This document shows positions 20,364 to 34,457 of a stretch of DNA of 64,000 bases, piece after piece. The translations under genes were made by a program, and so were the position numbers. Positions within the stretch are counted from its first letter, which is position 1; every line of letters starts with the position of its first letter. The DNA comes from Basidiobolus meristosporus CBS 931.73 (taxonomy: Eukaryota > Fungi > Basidiobolomycota), in NCBI GenBank assembly GCA_002104905.1, contig MCFE01000339.1:1-64000 (forward strand), read 5' to 3'. The notes under the pieces were generated by a model. That model searched no databases. It was not told where the DNA came from and saw only the letters and a list, made by a program, of their open reading frames with translations.

Positions 20364-23185
20364 TGTTGTAAGAGTCTTGGAGATATTGGAAGTGACTGGG
20401 AGAACAAGTAGAATATTTGGCTTTCACTTCATGATCTACAGAATGTAAAGGTAGTATCTGCACACTTAAATGGTCTTGGCATAACAAACATGTAGAATAG
20501 GTTTGTGAAGGTCCCAAGAGCATGTGCGCAAAGCATGGGGCAGCTTAGACAACTTATCAGATGTTCATCTGCTTGGTACCTGATATTTGGGTGGAAATAT
20601 TCTAAGTAAATCCCAACAAGGAGTTTGGTCGGTATTCTTTAAGATTTGCAGGTAATGATCCAAGTGACTTAGATGGGTAAGTATTTAGATGGAATTATCA
20701 ATCTTTACAACACTCATACTCAACTAAGTGCTGATACTGACAAGTCCTTATTTAGACCTAGGATATTCAAATTTGTCTCTAGCTAATGATTTTGTAACAT
20801 ATGTTGGCAATCATTTCATCTGTAGAGCAGTAAACTAAGTGAGCTAGGTTATTCTCTATATCTTCACATATGAGATGATGTCTAATATCTATGTGCTTAG
20901 TTCTAGAATGAAAAGTTGGATTTCTACCTAAATGTATACACTCTTGATTATCTTCAATTAAAGTAATAGGCACTTTTTGACATAAGCCTAAATCTGTAAA
21001 AAGCTTTCTTAACCCCATTGCTTCTTTTGTAGCCTCACAGGCTGCCAAATACTCTGCCTCTGTGGCTGAAAGTGCTGCAGTTGGTTGCTTAGGGCAAACT
21101 TTATTACTAAGTAGTAACTGAGTCCTCCTAGATTGATCATCCTGAACTCTTTATTTAGGCTGGATTCAGTCTCTTCCAATGTTTTATGGTTATTGGCTGC
21201 TATAACAAAGTTATAAACATGTAGAGCTAATAGAACTGAACTTGTTTTATCTGGCTTATAGTACATTATATAGTCAGCAGTGCTCCTTTGGAAGCTCAAA
21301 GATTCCAAATAAAAATCTATCTTGCAATTCCTGGCTCTTGGTGATTGTTTAAGTCCATGTAGAGACTTTTAAGCTTGCATATCAAATGGGGGTTATCTTG
21401 GAGAGCAAGCCCAACAAGCTGGTCCATATACACTGCCTCATCAAATTCCCCACTCACAAATGCAGTTTTTACATCCATTTGATATATAAAAAAATAATAT
21501 CTGGCTGCAATAGCCAATGTCAATCCAACAAAACTAAGCTTGGCTAATGGCGGAAAGGTACCAGAATAGTCAGGTTGTTTGTTTGAGAGTATCCTTTGGC
21601 CACAAGTCTTGCTTTGTATCATGCAATTGTATCATCAGCCTTAAATTTTGTCTTAAAGGACAATTGACATTCAGTTGATTATTGGTTGATTGGTAATTTG
21701 ACTAAGTCAAGTGCATATGGAGATTTTTTAAGCTTCCAGACCAAAAGAGGGTTATTTTGATCTAAAAATCAATCTGCATGGATCATATATGTTGTAAAAA
21801 TTAGTAATTCCACCTAAATATTCACCTAATATAATCACTTAGATCATTACCCTCAAATCCTAGAGAATACTGATCAAATTCCTTGTTGGGATTTACTCAG
21901 AAAATTTCCACCAAAATACCAGGTAACCAGAATATGAAAATTTTCAAAATTGTCCAAACAGCCCCAAACTTTGCACACATGTTCTTGGGATCTTCCTTAA
22001 CCTATTTTATGTGTTTGTAATGCCAAGACTAGGTAAATGTACAAATACTACTTTTACATTCAATAAATCATTAATTGAAAACCATATAATCTACTTGTTC
22101 TCCCAATCACTTCCAATATCTCCAAGACTCTTACAACAATATTCACATCCTCATCCAGCTCTTCATTCAAGAATGCAGCCTTTATATTCATCTGACTCAT
22201 AAAAAGCTTATATTTAGCTGCAATAGACAATATTAATCTGATGGAGTTAATCTCGACTACTAGTGAAAAAGTCTCAGTATAGTCAAGTCCTTTTATTTGA
22301 GAATATCCTTTGGCCACAAGTTCTACTTGGCATCTTGCAATTGTACTATCAGCCTTGTATTTGGTCTTAAAGATCCATATGCATCCAATTGCTTTTTGGC
22401 CAATTGGTTATTAGACCAAGTCCCAAGTTTGATTTTCCATCAGGGCCTGATACTACTCAGTTATTGCAGATTGCCAAAACTTTGTTTGATGGCTATTTAG
22501 GGCCTCTTTTACAGTCTGAGATTCACCAGTATGGACTGAATAAGCATAGGCTAAGTTTGTACACTCATTGATTAGTAATTTGGGCTATTTCTTTCCCAGT
22601 TGGATCTCCTGGCATTTGATACTGGAATGGTCACTTTCTGGGATAGTCCTGTGCACTGATTCAGCCTGAACCACAATTGTAGAGTCCTCTTGGGAAAAAA
22701 CTTCTCATTTTTATGCTCTTATATAATTCTGACTATTTGTGGACTTGAGATCAAATTTTTGTTACCATCAGATGTCACTTTTTGTGAAAATTTTGAGTTT
22801 TCATCAAGCAACACGTATCTGGACTTGCTCAGCATCTTTGCTGTGGAATTGTAGAGTCTGTATGATCTACTCTCATTGCATTAGCCCAAAAATATGCATT
22901 TTACACTTGTTGGCTCAAGTTTTGACTAGTTTCTGCGCAACTTTTTGGTATATGCTGAGCACCCAAATATTCTTAGATGTTCTGCACTAGGTCTGAATCC
23001 ATACAATGCTTCAGATGGAGTAGAATCACAAAGTGCTCTGCTATAACTCCTATTTTTAAGGTATACAGCTATGGTAACTAATTTTGCCCAAAAATGATAG
23101 AATAATTTTTGATCATGGAAAACAGAACTTGCCATATCAGCCGTAAATCTATTTGCACACTCTGCTACTCCATTTGCTGATAAAC
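20364..23185 (-). mobile_element. Older minus-strand Copia family A relic (3' LTR 20364-20712, RNase H/RT/integrase fragments), interrupted by a solo LTR
   Basis: Minus-strand ORFs 20779-21048, 21009-21308, 21317-21622, 22060-22317 and 22926-23135 carry Copia RT/RNase H/integrase motifs. Confidence 0.85.
21790..22138 (+). mobile_element. Copia family A solo LTR (LTR1) with ATATA/ATATT target duplication
   Basis: TGTTG...ACAACA. Removing it and one ATATA restores the minus-strand RT text D-V-Y-M...QNNP. The duplicate flank at 28489 reads ATATA. Confidence 0.85.
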
Positions 23186-23434
23186 AATATTAGCATGGTA
23201 TTGTTGCGGTCTTTTTGCTCTCTATAACTATTTTAAGTGGATCCAGTTGGCCAGGACATCCAATTACCTTATATAGCAAGAAACATGACGGTACTTCAAC
23301 AGCCTCACAGCAAGACTCTGATGGCATTATAGTGGCAGTATGATGGGCTACCACTGGTTCTGTACAATACTACCATACCAGTTTACCAAATGGTATTTCC
23401 TTTTTCTACCTCCCCTTGTGCAATTCATATATTC

Positions 23435-26400
23435 TGTTGTAAAATTTGTATTTCCACCTAAATATTCACCTAACTTAACCACTTAAATCATTACCTTCAT
23501 ATCCTAGAGAATACAGACCAAATTCCTTGTTGGGATTTACTCCAAATATTTTCACCAAAGTACCAGGTACCCAGAACATGAAAATTCTCAAAGTTGTCCA
23601 AACAGCCCCAAACCTTGCCCACATGTTCTTGGGATCTTCCTAAGACTATTCTGCGTGTTTTTTATGCCAAGACCATGTGAAAGTATAAATACTTCTTTTA
23701 CATTCAATAAATCATTAAGTGAAAACCACATAATCTACTTGTTCTCCCAATCACTTCCAATATCTCCAAGACTCTTACAAAAGGTTATGAGCCCCAAGCT
23801 GTCACTCTCTGCAGTGTCTACTACGGCTATTACTGGAATTTTTCCCTCTGCTGAAAAGTTGGATGGATCTAATTACCAAGTGTGGAAGGTGAAGATGAAG
23901 ATGCTGCTACAACAAAGAGACCTTTGGGATATTGTCATAGGAGAAGAATGCCCTCCTAAAAACATGGGAGAGGAAGCCTTGAAGTATCAGAAGAAAGCAC
24001 AAAGTGCCTTTAACTGCATTTGCCTTAATGTTAAAGACAAATTGCTAATTCAGTGCTCAAGAGCAAAAACGGCAAAGAATGCCGGGAAAGCATTAGAAGA
24101 CACCTACAAGTCATGTTCAGCTGCTAAGAAAATGTATCTGAGACAAAAATTCTTTACTACAAATATGCTGCCAGGAGAAGCAATGAAAAATCTAATTAAC
24201 AGAACTACCCTGCTGGTGGGTGAGATGGAATCTGTGAACATACCAACTACTGATGAGGATGTGATAGTTACCATCCTGAATAGCCTGACAGACAAGTTTC
24301 AGGGCCTTGTATCAGCCCTACAGTCCAGAACTGAAGATTTGACCTTAGATTGTATACATGGAAGGCTCCTGGATGAAGAATTAAGAAAATCAAGCGCATA
24401 TAAGAAGGAAGAAGAAAATGCTTTAATAAGCAATGATAACAAACAAAGGAGGTACCCAAGACCCTACAAAAGCAACAGCAACCTGTTTCTCAACTACTGC
24501 AAAAGGAAAGGACACATATCAGACCGGTGTCTCAAAAAGAAGGATAATTAGCAAATGAAGCCTGAATACAAAAATGCTGCAACAGCTGAAGATAGACTAT
24601 TCATATCTGCACTAAATATGACCACAAACAAGGATTCTCAGATGTGGTATGTTGACTCTGGAGCATCTCAACACTTTATGCACCAAAAAGAACTTTTTAC
24701 CCAATATCAAGAAATTCCAATTAGAAGGTTTTCATGGGTGACAATAGAACACTTGATGCAGTGGGAGAAGGAACTATCCAAGTAACCCTAAGAAGCAGTG
24801 AAGGAAGCCATACACTGACCTTTAAAGAAGTACTCTATGTACCAGAAATTGCCAAGAACCTACTATCTGTAGGCAAGGCCACAGCAGAAGGACTCAGTTT
24901 CAGCTTTGATAATTCTGGATGCAAGATCACTAATCAAAATGGTGCCCATATTGCTTTGGGCATCAGAGATCAGAATCTATACAAGTTGACTTATATTCCA
25001 TCATATTTGGAAGCCAATATAAGAAACTTAAATGAAGAAACACCAATGCTTTGGCACAGGAGATTTGGGCACATCAATTTGATTATTTGCGCAAAATGAT
25101 CAAAGATCAGCTAATTTCTGGAGTAAAAATTGATCCCCCAGCTAATTTGGAGCACTGTGAAGCCTGCATATATGGGAAACAAGCCAGACAACCGTTCAAG
25201 AGCTCTGGGCTGATCCAAACTAAAAGAAAATTAGATCTAATTCACTCAGATATGTGTGGACCTATGCAAAATTTATTCTTAGGCAGGATGAAGTATTTAA
25301 TCACTCTTACTAATGATTATACAAGATACGCATGGGTCTACTTCATGGAGAGAAAGAAAGAAGCTTTGTCTAAGCTCAGGGAGTTTAAAGCCATGGTGGA
25401 GAGAGAAACTGGTGAAAAAATTAAGAAAATACACTCTGACAATGGTGGAGAATATACCTCAAAACTCTTCATCCACTTCTGCAAAATTCATGGGATAAAG
25501 CAAGAGACTACTGTACTATACTCCCCAAAGCAAAATGGAGTAGCAGAATGTGCTGACAGATCAATAATTGATATGGCAAGATCTATGATCCATGATCAAA
25601 AATTATCCTATGATTTTTGGGCGGAATCAGTTGCTACTGCTGTATACCTTAAAAATAGGAGTTATAACAGAATACTTTGTCATTCTACTCCACTTGGTGG
25701 GTTATTACCAACTGTACTTGGTGAGTGGGAGAGCTTGTAGGTCAAGTCAGTACCACTTGGTTCAGAATAGCTTCTGATAGAAGGTAGCAAGGTAATAAAG
25801 ACTTGTGTTTTTTCCGTCCCAAATATCTCTGTCTTGGTTCAATTGGGTACATATATATATCACTTGGGGGGGGGCTTAGATAATAGTCAATGTGTTATAA
25901 AATAGGGGTGTGAACACCTTCCTGTTATGGTAAGTGTTCTAACTAGATAAGGGTAAGGATAGGAGGGAGGGTGCATTGGGGAATCATAGGGAGGATACTG
26001 GGGGACTTTGGGTAGGACTCTGGGGAGAACTCTTGGGCAAAGAGTGGGTACTGTATTGAGTACTCACACACTTGAAGCATGGTATGGATACAGACCAAGT
26101 GCAGAACATCTAAGAATATTTGGGTGTTCAGCATATGCCAAAAAACTGGCCGGAAATCAGTCAAAATTTGAGCCAAAAAGTGTAAAATGCATATTCTTGG
26201 GCTACTGTAATGAGAGTAAGGCATACAGACTCTACAATACCAAAGTAAAGAGGCTGATCAAGTCCAGGGATGTGTTGTTTGATGAAAACTCAAAATTTTC
26301 ACAAAAAATGACATCACATGATGACAAAAATTTGATCTCAAGTCTACCAATTGTCAGGATTGAATCAGAGCAAAACAATGGAGATTTTTTCACTCCAGAG

Positions 26401-28488
26401 GACTCTACAACTGTGGCTCAGCCAGAATAAGTGCCAAGGAATATCTCAGAAGTGATCATTCCAGCATCAAATGCCCGGAGATCCAATTGGACAAGAAATA
26501 GCCTAAATAACTATATCAATGAGGGTACAAATTTAGCCTATGCTTATTCAGTCCATATTGATGAGCCCCAACTGTAAAGGAGGCCCTAAATAGCTCTCAG
26601 ACAAGGTTTTGGAGATCTGCAATGACTGAGGAATATCAGGCCCTGATGGAAAATCAAACTTGGGACTTAGTCAAGTTACTAATCAGCCAAAAATCAATTG
26701 GATGTAGATGGGTCTTCAAGATAAAATACAAGGCTGATGGTACAATAGAGATATAAAGCAAGACTTGTAGCCAAAGGATACTCTCAAACAAAAGAACGTG
26801 ACTATACTGAGACCTTTGCACCGGTAGCCAAGTTTAATTCCATCAGATTAATATTGGCTATTGCAGCATATTATAAGTTTTTTATTCATCAAATGGATGC
26901 AAAACTGCATTTTTGATTTGAGAACTTTATGAGGACGTGTATATGGACCAGCCTGATGGGTTTGTTGACCAAGATAACCCTCATTTGGTCTGAAAGCTTA
27001 AAAAGTCACTATATGGTCTCAAACAATCACCAACAGCCTGGAATTGCAAGATAGATTCTTATCTGGAATCTTTGAGTTTCAAAAGGAATAATGCTGACTA
27101 TAATATATACTATAAGCCAGATAGAGCATATCCAGCTCTAATAGCTCTATATGTGGATGATCTTATTATAGCCGCCAATAACCTAGAAACATTGGAAGAG
27201 ACTAAATCCAGCCTATCTAAGGAGTTCAAGATGTCCAATCTAGGAGAGCTCAGTTACTACTTAGGGGTTAAGTTCTCCATAGACAGAAGTGCCCAGACTA
27301 TAACCCTAAGTCAATCCAAGTATATTCAAGATATACTAAAGAAGTTCCAAATAGAAGACTGTAAACTGGCAGCTACCCCAATGGAGACAAGCCTTAACTT
27401 GGCCAAAACTCAACCAAATCAAGAGAGCTTGGTGCCATCTGAGAGCCCTGACTTTCCTATCAATCTATGGTTAGCATTCTGATGTATATCATGCTTGGAA
27501 CATGTCCAGATATCTCATACTCAGTGGGAGTTGTCAGCCAACATAATTGGAACTATGGATCTGATCATATTGCAGCAGTTAAGCGGATTCTTAGATACCT
27601 AAAAGGAACTGCTGATATCTGCCTAAGATACACTTATAAAGATTCAGAACAGGATCTTGTGGGATACTCTGATGCTGATTGGTGACAAAGTTTAGAAGAC
27701 AGAAGATCCACCACAGGATGCACCTTTCTTTACTGTAAAGGAGCAATTTCATGGAATTCAAGAAAGCAACCAGCTGTAGCTCTTTCTACCACAGAGGCAG
27801 CGTACATGGCAGCCTGTGAAGCTACAAAAGAGGCAATGTAGTTAAGAAAACTTTTTACAGATTTAGGCCTATGTCAGAAAATGCCTATTACTTATTTCAA
27901 GATAATCAAGGATGTATACAACTAGGTAGAAATCCAACTTTTCATGCTAGAACCAATCACATAGATATTAGACATCATTTCATATGTGAAGCTATAGAGA
28001 ATAACTTGGTTAGCTTAGTTTACTGTCCTACAGATGAAATGATTGCAGACATATTTACCAAACCATTAGCTAGAGACAAGTTTGAATATCTTGGGTCAAA
28101 ATTAGGACTAGTCAGTATGAACATTTAGCTGAGTGGGAGTGTTGTAAAAATTTGTAATTCCATCTAAATATTAACCTAACTTAGTTACTTAGATCATCAC
28201 CCTCAAATCCTAGAGATTACTGACCAAATTCTTTGTTGGGATTTACTTGCAATATTTTCACCAAAATGCCAGGTACCCAAAACATGAAAATTCTCAAAGT
28301 TGTCCAAACAGCCCCAAACTTTGCACACATGTTCTTGCAACCTTCCTTAACCTATTCTACGTGTTTGTAATGCCAAGACTAGGTAAAAGTATAAATACTA
28401 CTTTTACATTCAATAAATCATAAAGTGAAAACCACATAATCTACTTGTTCCCCCAATCACTTCCAATATCTCCAAGACTCTTACAACA
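23435..28488 (+). mobile_element. Ty1/Copia family A element 1: near full length, multiply disrupted, chimeric ends. LTRs 23435-23782 and 28140-28488.
   Basis: PBS GGTTATGAGCCC at 23783. Domains in order: gag (UBN2-type), zinc knuckle, protease WYVDSGAS, integrase HSDMCGP/SDNGGEY/QNGVAE, RT, RNase H. PPT before 28140. Confidence 0.93.
25696..26068 (-). mobile_element. Solo LTR family C inserted in the Copia-A integrase with a 5-bp TSD CACTT
   Basis: CACTT at 25691-25695 and 26069-26073. The insert is absent from the duplicate element at about 32065. Minus strand reads TGTGAG...AACCCAC(C/A). Confidence 0.85.
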
Positions 28489-29808
28489 ATATACACATCC
28501 TCATCAAGTTAGTCATTCAAGAATGCAGTCTTTATATTCATTTGATGCATAAAAAGCTTATATTTGGTTGCAATAGACAATATTAATCTGATGGAGTTAA
28601 TCTTGGCTACTAGTGAAAAGGTCTCAGTATAGTCAAGTCCTTTTATTTGGGAACATCCTTTGGCCACAAGTCCTACTTGGCATCTTGCAATTGTACTATC
28701 AGCATTGAATTTAGTCTGAAAGATCCATATGCATCCAATTGCGTTTTGGACAATTGGTTATTAGACCAAGTCCCAAGTTTGATCTTCCATCAGGGCCTGA
28801 TACTACTCAGTTATTGCAGATTGCCAAAACTTTGTCTGATGGCTATTTAGAGCCTCTTTTACAGTCTGAGGTTCACCAGTATGGATGGAATAAGCATAGG
28901 CAAAGTTTGTGCCCTCATTGATATAGCAATTTGGGCTATTTCTTTCCCAGTTGGATCTCCTGGCATTTAATACTGGAATGGTCACTTTCTGGGATAGTCC
29001 TGGGCACTGATTCAGCCTGAAACACAGTTGTAGAGTCCTCTTGAGTGAATAACCTTGCATTCTTTTGCTCTGATATAATTCTGAATATTGGCGGACTTGA
29101 TATCAAATTTTTGTTACCATCAGATGTCACTTTTTGTGAAAATTTTGAGTTTTCATCAAACAACACATATCTGGACTTGCTCAGCATCTTTACTGTGGAA
29201 TTGTAGAGTTTGTATGATCTACTCTCATTGCAGTAGCCCAAAAATATGCATTTTACACTTGTTGGCTCAAGTTTTGACTGGTTTCTGCGCAACTTTTTGG
29301 TATATGCTGGGCACCCAAATATTCTTAGATGTTCTGCACTGGGTCTGTATCCATACAATGCTTCAGATGGAGTAGAATCACAGAGTGCTCTGCTATAACT
29401 CCTATTTTTAAGGTATACAGCTATGGTAACTAATTTTGCCCAAAAATCATAGGATAATTTTTGATCATGGAAAACAGAACTTGCCGTATCAACTGTAAAT
29501 CTATTTGCACATTCTGCTACTCCATTTGCTGATAAACAATATTTTATTGGTGCTGTGACAATATTAGCATGGTATTGTTGCAGTCTTTTTGCTCTCTAAA
29601 ACTATTTTAAGTGGATCCAGTTGGCCAGGACATCCAATTACCTTATAGAGCAAGAAACATGACGGTACTTCAACAGCCTCACAGCAAGACTCTGATGGCA
29701 TTATAGTGGCAGTATGATTGGCTACCACTGGTTCTGTACAATACTACCGTACCAGTTTACCAAATGGTATTTCCTTTTTCTACCTCCCCTTGTGCAATTC
29801 ATATATTC
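28489..29808 (+). repeat. Second copy of segment 22139-23434 (minus-strand Copia relic fused to the 3' part of a CACTA transposase gene)
   Basis: Colinear, roughly 90-95% similar copy. Its last ~250 bp match the reverse complement of 45890-46130. Confidence 0.9.
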
Positions 29809-32800
29809 TGTTGTAAAATTTGTATTTCCACCTAAATATTCACCTAACTTAATCACTTAAATCATTACCTTCATATCCTAGAGAATACAGACCAAATTCC
29901 TTGTTGGGACTTACTCAGAATATTATAACCAAAGTACCAGGTACCCAGAACATGAAAATTCTCAAAGTTGTCCAAACAGCCCCAAACTCTGCACACACGT
30001 TCTTGGGACCTCCCTAAGACTATTCTATGTGTGCTTTATGCCAAGACCATGTGAAAGTATAAATACTACTTTTACAATCAATAAATCATTAAGTGAAAAC
30101 CACATAATCTACTTGTTCTCCCAATCACTTCCAATATCTCCAAGACTCTTACAAAAGGTTATGAGCCCCAAGCTGTCACTCTCTGCAGTGTCTACTACTG
30201 CTATTACTGGAATTTTTCCCTCTGCTGAAAAGTTAGATGGATCTAACTACCATGTGTGGAAGGTGAAGATGAAGATGCTGCTACAAGAAAGAGACCTTTG
30301 GGATATTGTCAAAGGAGAAGAATTCTCTCCTAAAAATGTGGGAGAGGAAGCTTTGAAGTACTAGAAAAAAGAACAAAGTGCCTTTAACTGCATTTGCCTT
30401 CATGTTAAAGACAAATTGCTAATTCAGTGCTCAAGAGCAAAACAGCAAAGAATGCCTGGAAGGCATTAGAAGACACCTACCAGTCATGTTCAGCTGCTAA
30501 GAAAATGTATCTGAGACCAAAATTCTTTACTACAAAGATGCTGCCAGGAGAAGCTCTGAAAATTCTCATTAACAGAATTACCCTGCTGGTAGATGAGATG
30601 TAATCTGTGGGCATACCAACTACTGATGAGGATGTGATAGTTACCATCCTGAATAGCCTGACAGACAAGTTTCAGGGCCTTGTATTAGCCCTAGAGTCCA
30701 GAACTGAAGATTTGACCTTAAATTATTTATATGGAAGGCTCATGGATGAAGAATTAAGAAAATCAGGCGCCAATAAGAAGGAAGAAGAAAATGCTTTAAT
30801 AAGCAATGATAACCAACAAAGGAGGTACCCAAGACCCTACAAAGGCAACAGCAACCTGTTTTGTAACTACTGCAAAAGGAAAGGACACATATCAGACCGG
30901 TGTCTCAAAAAGAAAGATAATCAGCAAATGAAGCCTGAATACAAAAATGCTGCAACAGCTGAAGATAGACTATTCATATCTGCACTAAATATGGCCACAA
31001 ACAAGGATTCTGAGATGTGATATGTTGACTCTGGAGCATCTCAACAATTTACATACCAAAAAGTGCTTTTTACCCAATATCAAGAAATTCAAATTAAGAA
31101 GGTTTTCATGAGTGACAATAGAACACTTGATAGAGTGGGAGAAGGAACTATCCAAGTAAACCTAAGAAGCAGTGAAGGAAGCCATACACTGACCTTTAAA
31201 GAAGTACTCTATGTACCAGTAATAGCCAAGAACCTACTATCTGTAAGCAAGGCCACTGCAAAAGGACTAAGTTTCAGCTTTGACAATTCTGGATGCAAGA
31301 GCACTTATCAAAATGGTGCCCATATTGCTTTGGGCATCAGAGATCAGAATCTATACAAGTTGACTTATATTCCATCATATTTGGAAGCCAATATAAGTAA
31401 CTTAAATGAAGAAACACCAATGCTCTGGCACAGGAAATTTGGGCACATCAATTTTGATTATTTGCGCAAAATGATCAAAGATCAGCTAATTTCTGGAGTA
31501 AAAATTGATCCCCCAGCCAGTTTGGAGCACTGTAAAGCCTGGATATATGGGAAACAAGCCAGACAACTGCTCAAGAGCTCTAGGCTGATCCAAACTAAGA
31601 AAAAATTAGATCTAATTCACTCAGATCTGTGTGGACCTATGCAAAATTTATTCTTAGGCGGAATGTAGTATTTAATCACTCTTACTGATGATTATACAAG
31701 ATACGCATAGGTATACTTCATGGAGAGAAAGAAGAAGCTCTGTCTAAGTTCAGGGAGTTTAAAGCCATGGTGGAGAGAGAAACTGATGAAAAAATCAAGA
31801 AAATGCGTATTGGCAATGGTGGAGGATATACCTCAAAACTTGTCATCCACTTCTGCAAAATTCATGGGATGAAGCAAGAGACTACTGTACCATACTCCCC
31901 ACAGAAGAATGCAGTAGCAGAACATGCTAACAGATCAACAATTGATATGGCAAGATCTATGATCCATCATCAAATATTATCCTATGATTTTTGGGTGGAA
32001 TCATTTGACATTGCTGTATATCTTGAGAATAGGAGTTATAACAGAATACTTCATGATTCTACTTCATTTTAAGCAAGATATGGATACAGACCAAGTGCAC
32101 AACATCTAAGAATATTTGGGTGTACAGCATATGCCAAGAAACTTCCCAAAAATCAGTTAAAATTTAAGCCAAAAAGTGCAAATGCATATTTTTGGCCTAC
32201 TGCAATGAGAGTATAGCATACAGCTAAGCTTTTTATTCATCAATTGTATGTAAAAACTGCATTTTTGAATGGAGAACTTGATGAGGACGTGTATATAAAC
32301 TAGCCTGGTGGGTTTGCTGACCAAGATAACCCTCATTTGGTCTGCAAGCTTAAAAAGCCACTATATGGTCTCCAATAATCACCAAGAGCCTGGAATTGCA
32401 AGATAGATTCTTATTTGGAATATTTGGGTTTCAAAAGGAGTAATGCTGACTATAGTATATACTATAAGCCAGATAGAGCAAGTCCAGTTCTAATAGCTCT
32501 ATATGTGGATGATCTTATTATAGCCACCAATAACCTAGAAACATTGGAAGAGACTAAATCCAGTCTATCTAAGGAGTTCAAGATGTCCAATCCAGGAGAG
32601 CTCAGTTACTAATTAGGGGTTAAGTTCTCCATAGACAGAAGTGCCCAGACTATAACCCTAAGTCAATCCAAGTATATTCAAGATATACTAAAGAAGTTCC
32701 AAAAGGAAGACTGTAAACCGGCAGCTATCCCAATGGAGACAAACCTTAACTTGGTCAAAACTCAGCCAAATCAAGAGAGCTTGGTGCTATCTGAAAGCTC

Positions 32801-33836
32801 TGACTTTCCTTATCAATCTATGGTCAGCAGTCTGATGCATATTATGCTTGGAACACATCCAGATATCTCATATTCAGTAGGAGATTGTCAGCCAACATAA
32901 TCTGAAGAAGGATCTGATCATTTTGCAGCAGTTAAGCGGATTTTTAGATATCTAAAAGGAACTGCTGATATCTGCTTAAGATACACTTTTCAGGATTCAG
33001 AACAGGATCTTGTGGGATACTCTGATGCTGATTGGGGACAAGATTTAGAAGACAGAAGATCCACCACAGGATACACCTTTCTTCACTGTCAAGGAGCAAT
33101 TTCATGGAACTCAAGAAAGCAACCAACCGTTGCACTTTCTACCACAGAGGCAGAGTATATGGCAGCCTGTGAAGCTAAAAAAGAAGCAATGTGGTTAAGA
33201 AAGCTATTTACAGATCTATGCCTATGTCAGAAAAGGCCTATTACTTATTTCAAGATACTCAAGGATGTATACAACTGGGTAGAAATCCAACTTTTGATGC
33301 TAGAACCAAGCACATAGATATTAGACATCATTTCATATGTGAAGCTATAGAGAATAACTTGGTTAGCTTAGTTTACTGTCCTACAGATGAAATGATTGCA
33401 GACATATTTACCAAATCATTAGCTAGAGACAAGTTTGAATATCTTGGGTCAAAATTAGGACTAGTCAGTAGGAGCACTTAGCTGAGTGGGAGAGTTGTAA
33501 AATTTGTATTTCCACCTAAATATTCACCAAACTTAGTCACTTAGATCATTACCTTCATATCCTAGAGAATACTTACCAAACTCCTTGTTGGGATTTACTT
33601 GGAATATTTTCACCAAAATACCAGGTACCCAGAACATGAAAATTATCAAAGTTGTCCAAACAGCCCCAAACTTTGCACACATGTTCTTGGGACCTTCCTA
33701 AGACTATTCTATGTGTTTTTTATGCCAAGATCATGTGAAAGTATAAATACTATTACATTCAATAAGTTGTTAAGTGAAAACCACATAATCTACTTGTTCC
33801 CCCATCACCTCCAATATCTCCAAGACTCTTACAGCA
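29809..33836 (+). mobile_element. Ty1/Copia family A element 2 with an internal deletion of about 0.6 kb. LTRs 29809-30156 and 33493-33836; TATTC flanks.
   Basis: PBS GGTTATGAGCCC at 30157; gag/PR/INT/RT/RH fragments. TATTC lies before 29809 and after 33836. Confidence 0.92.
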
Positions 33837-34457
33837 TATTCCACTGTAGATTCACCACTCTTTATTTGCTTACTCACTACTACCTTGGGTATTCCACATA
33901 TAGTTTAAATCAAAAATACTATGGCCTACTGCTTACTAACCTTTACAAACACACACACTTGCCGCAATTGATATACTTCTATCACCTCAGCTTTATGACT
34001 TTCCTAGCCCCCTTATAGGTGAACTCTGGCTTTCGTTTGTGTGAATTTTGTATTGAACGGTGTAGAAGTTGGTTTGTGAACACAAGGAATCCAGCATACT
34101 TTAGTAGAGTTTTCCTGATAACAATTAGTTACTTGTTGCACCCAACCCAACTTTGCAGTACTTAACTGATTACCCATGCATTGGGGCTGCTTAGCTTCTT
34201 AATGCCCTAGGCTTAGGTGTCTCCATGTGCACATGTGTCCTCAGTATTTTCCAGCTCTTCCTTGCTGTCCTCCATGTGCCAGCTTATCACATCCATGATG
34301 GATTTGAAGGTAACATGCTTGATGAGATTGGAATATGGTAGTACCTGCAACTTGACGTGTCTTCTTATCTCTCAACACATCTGCTCCATAGGAAACTCCC
34401 AAGAGGTGAAGCAAGACCCAATATTCTCCACACACTGTGCAAGATGGAGTAGAGAAT

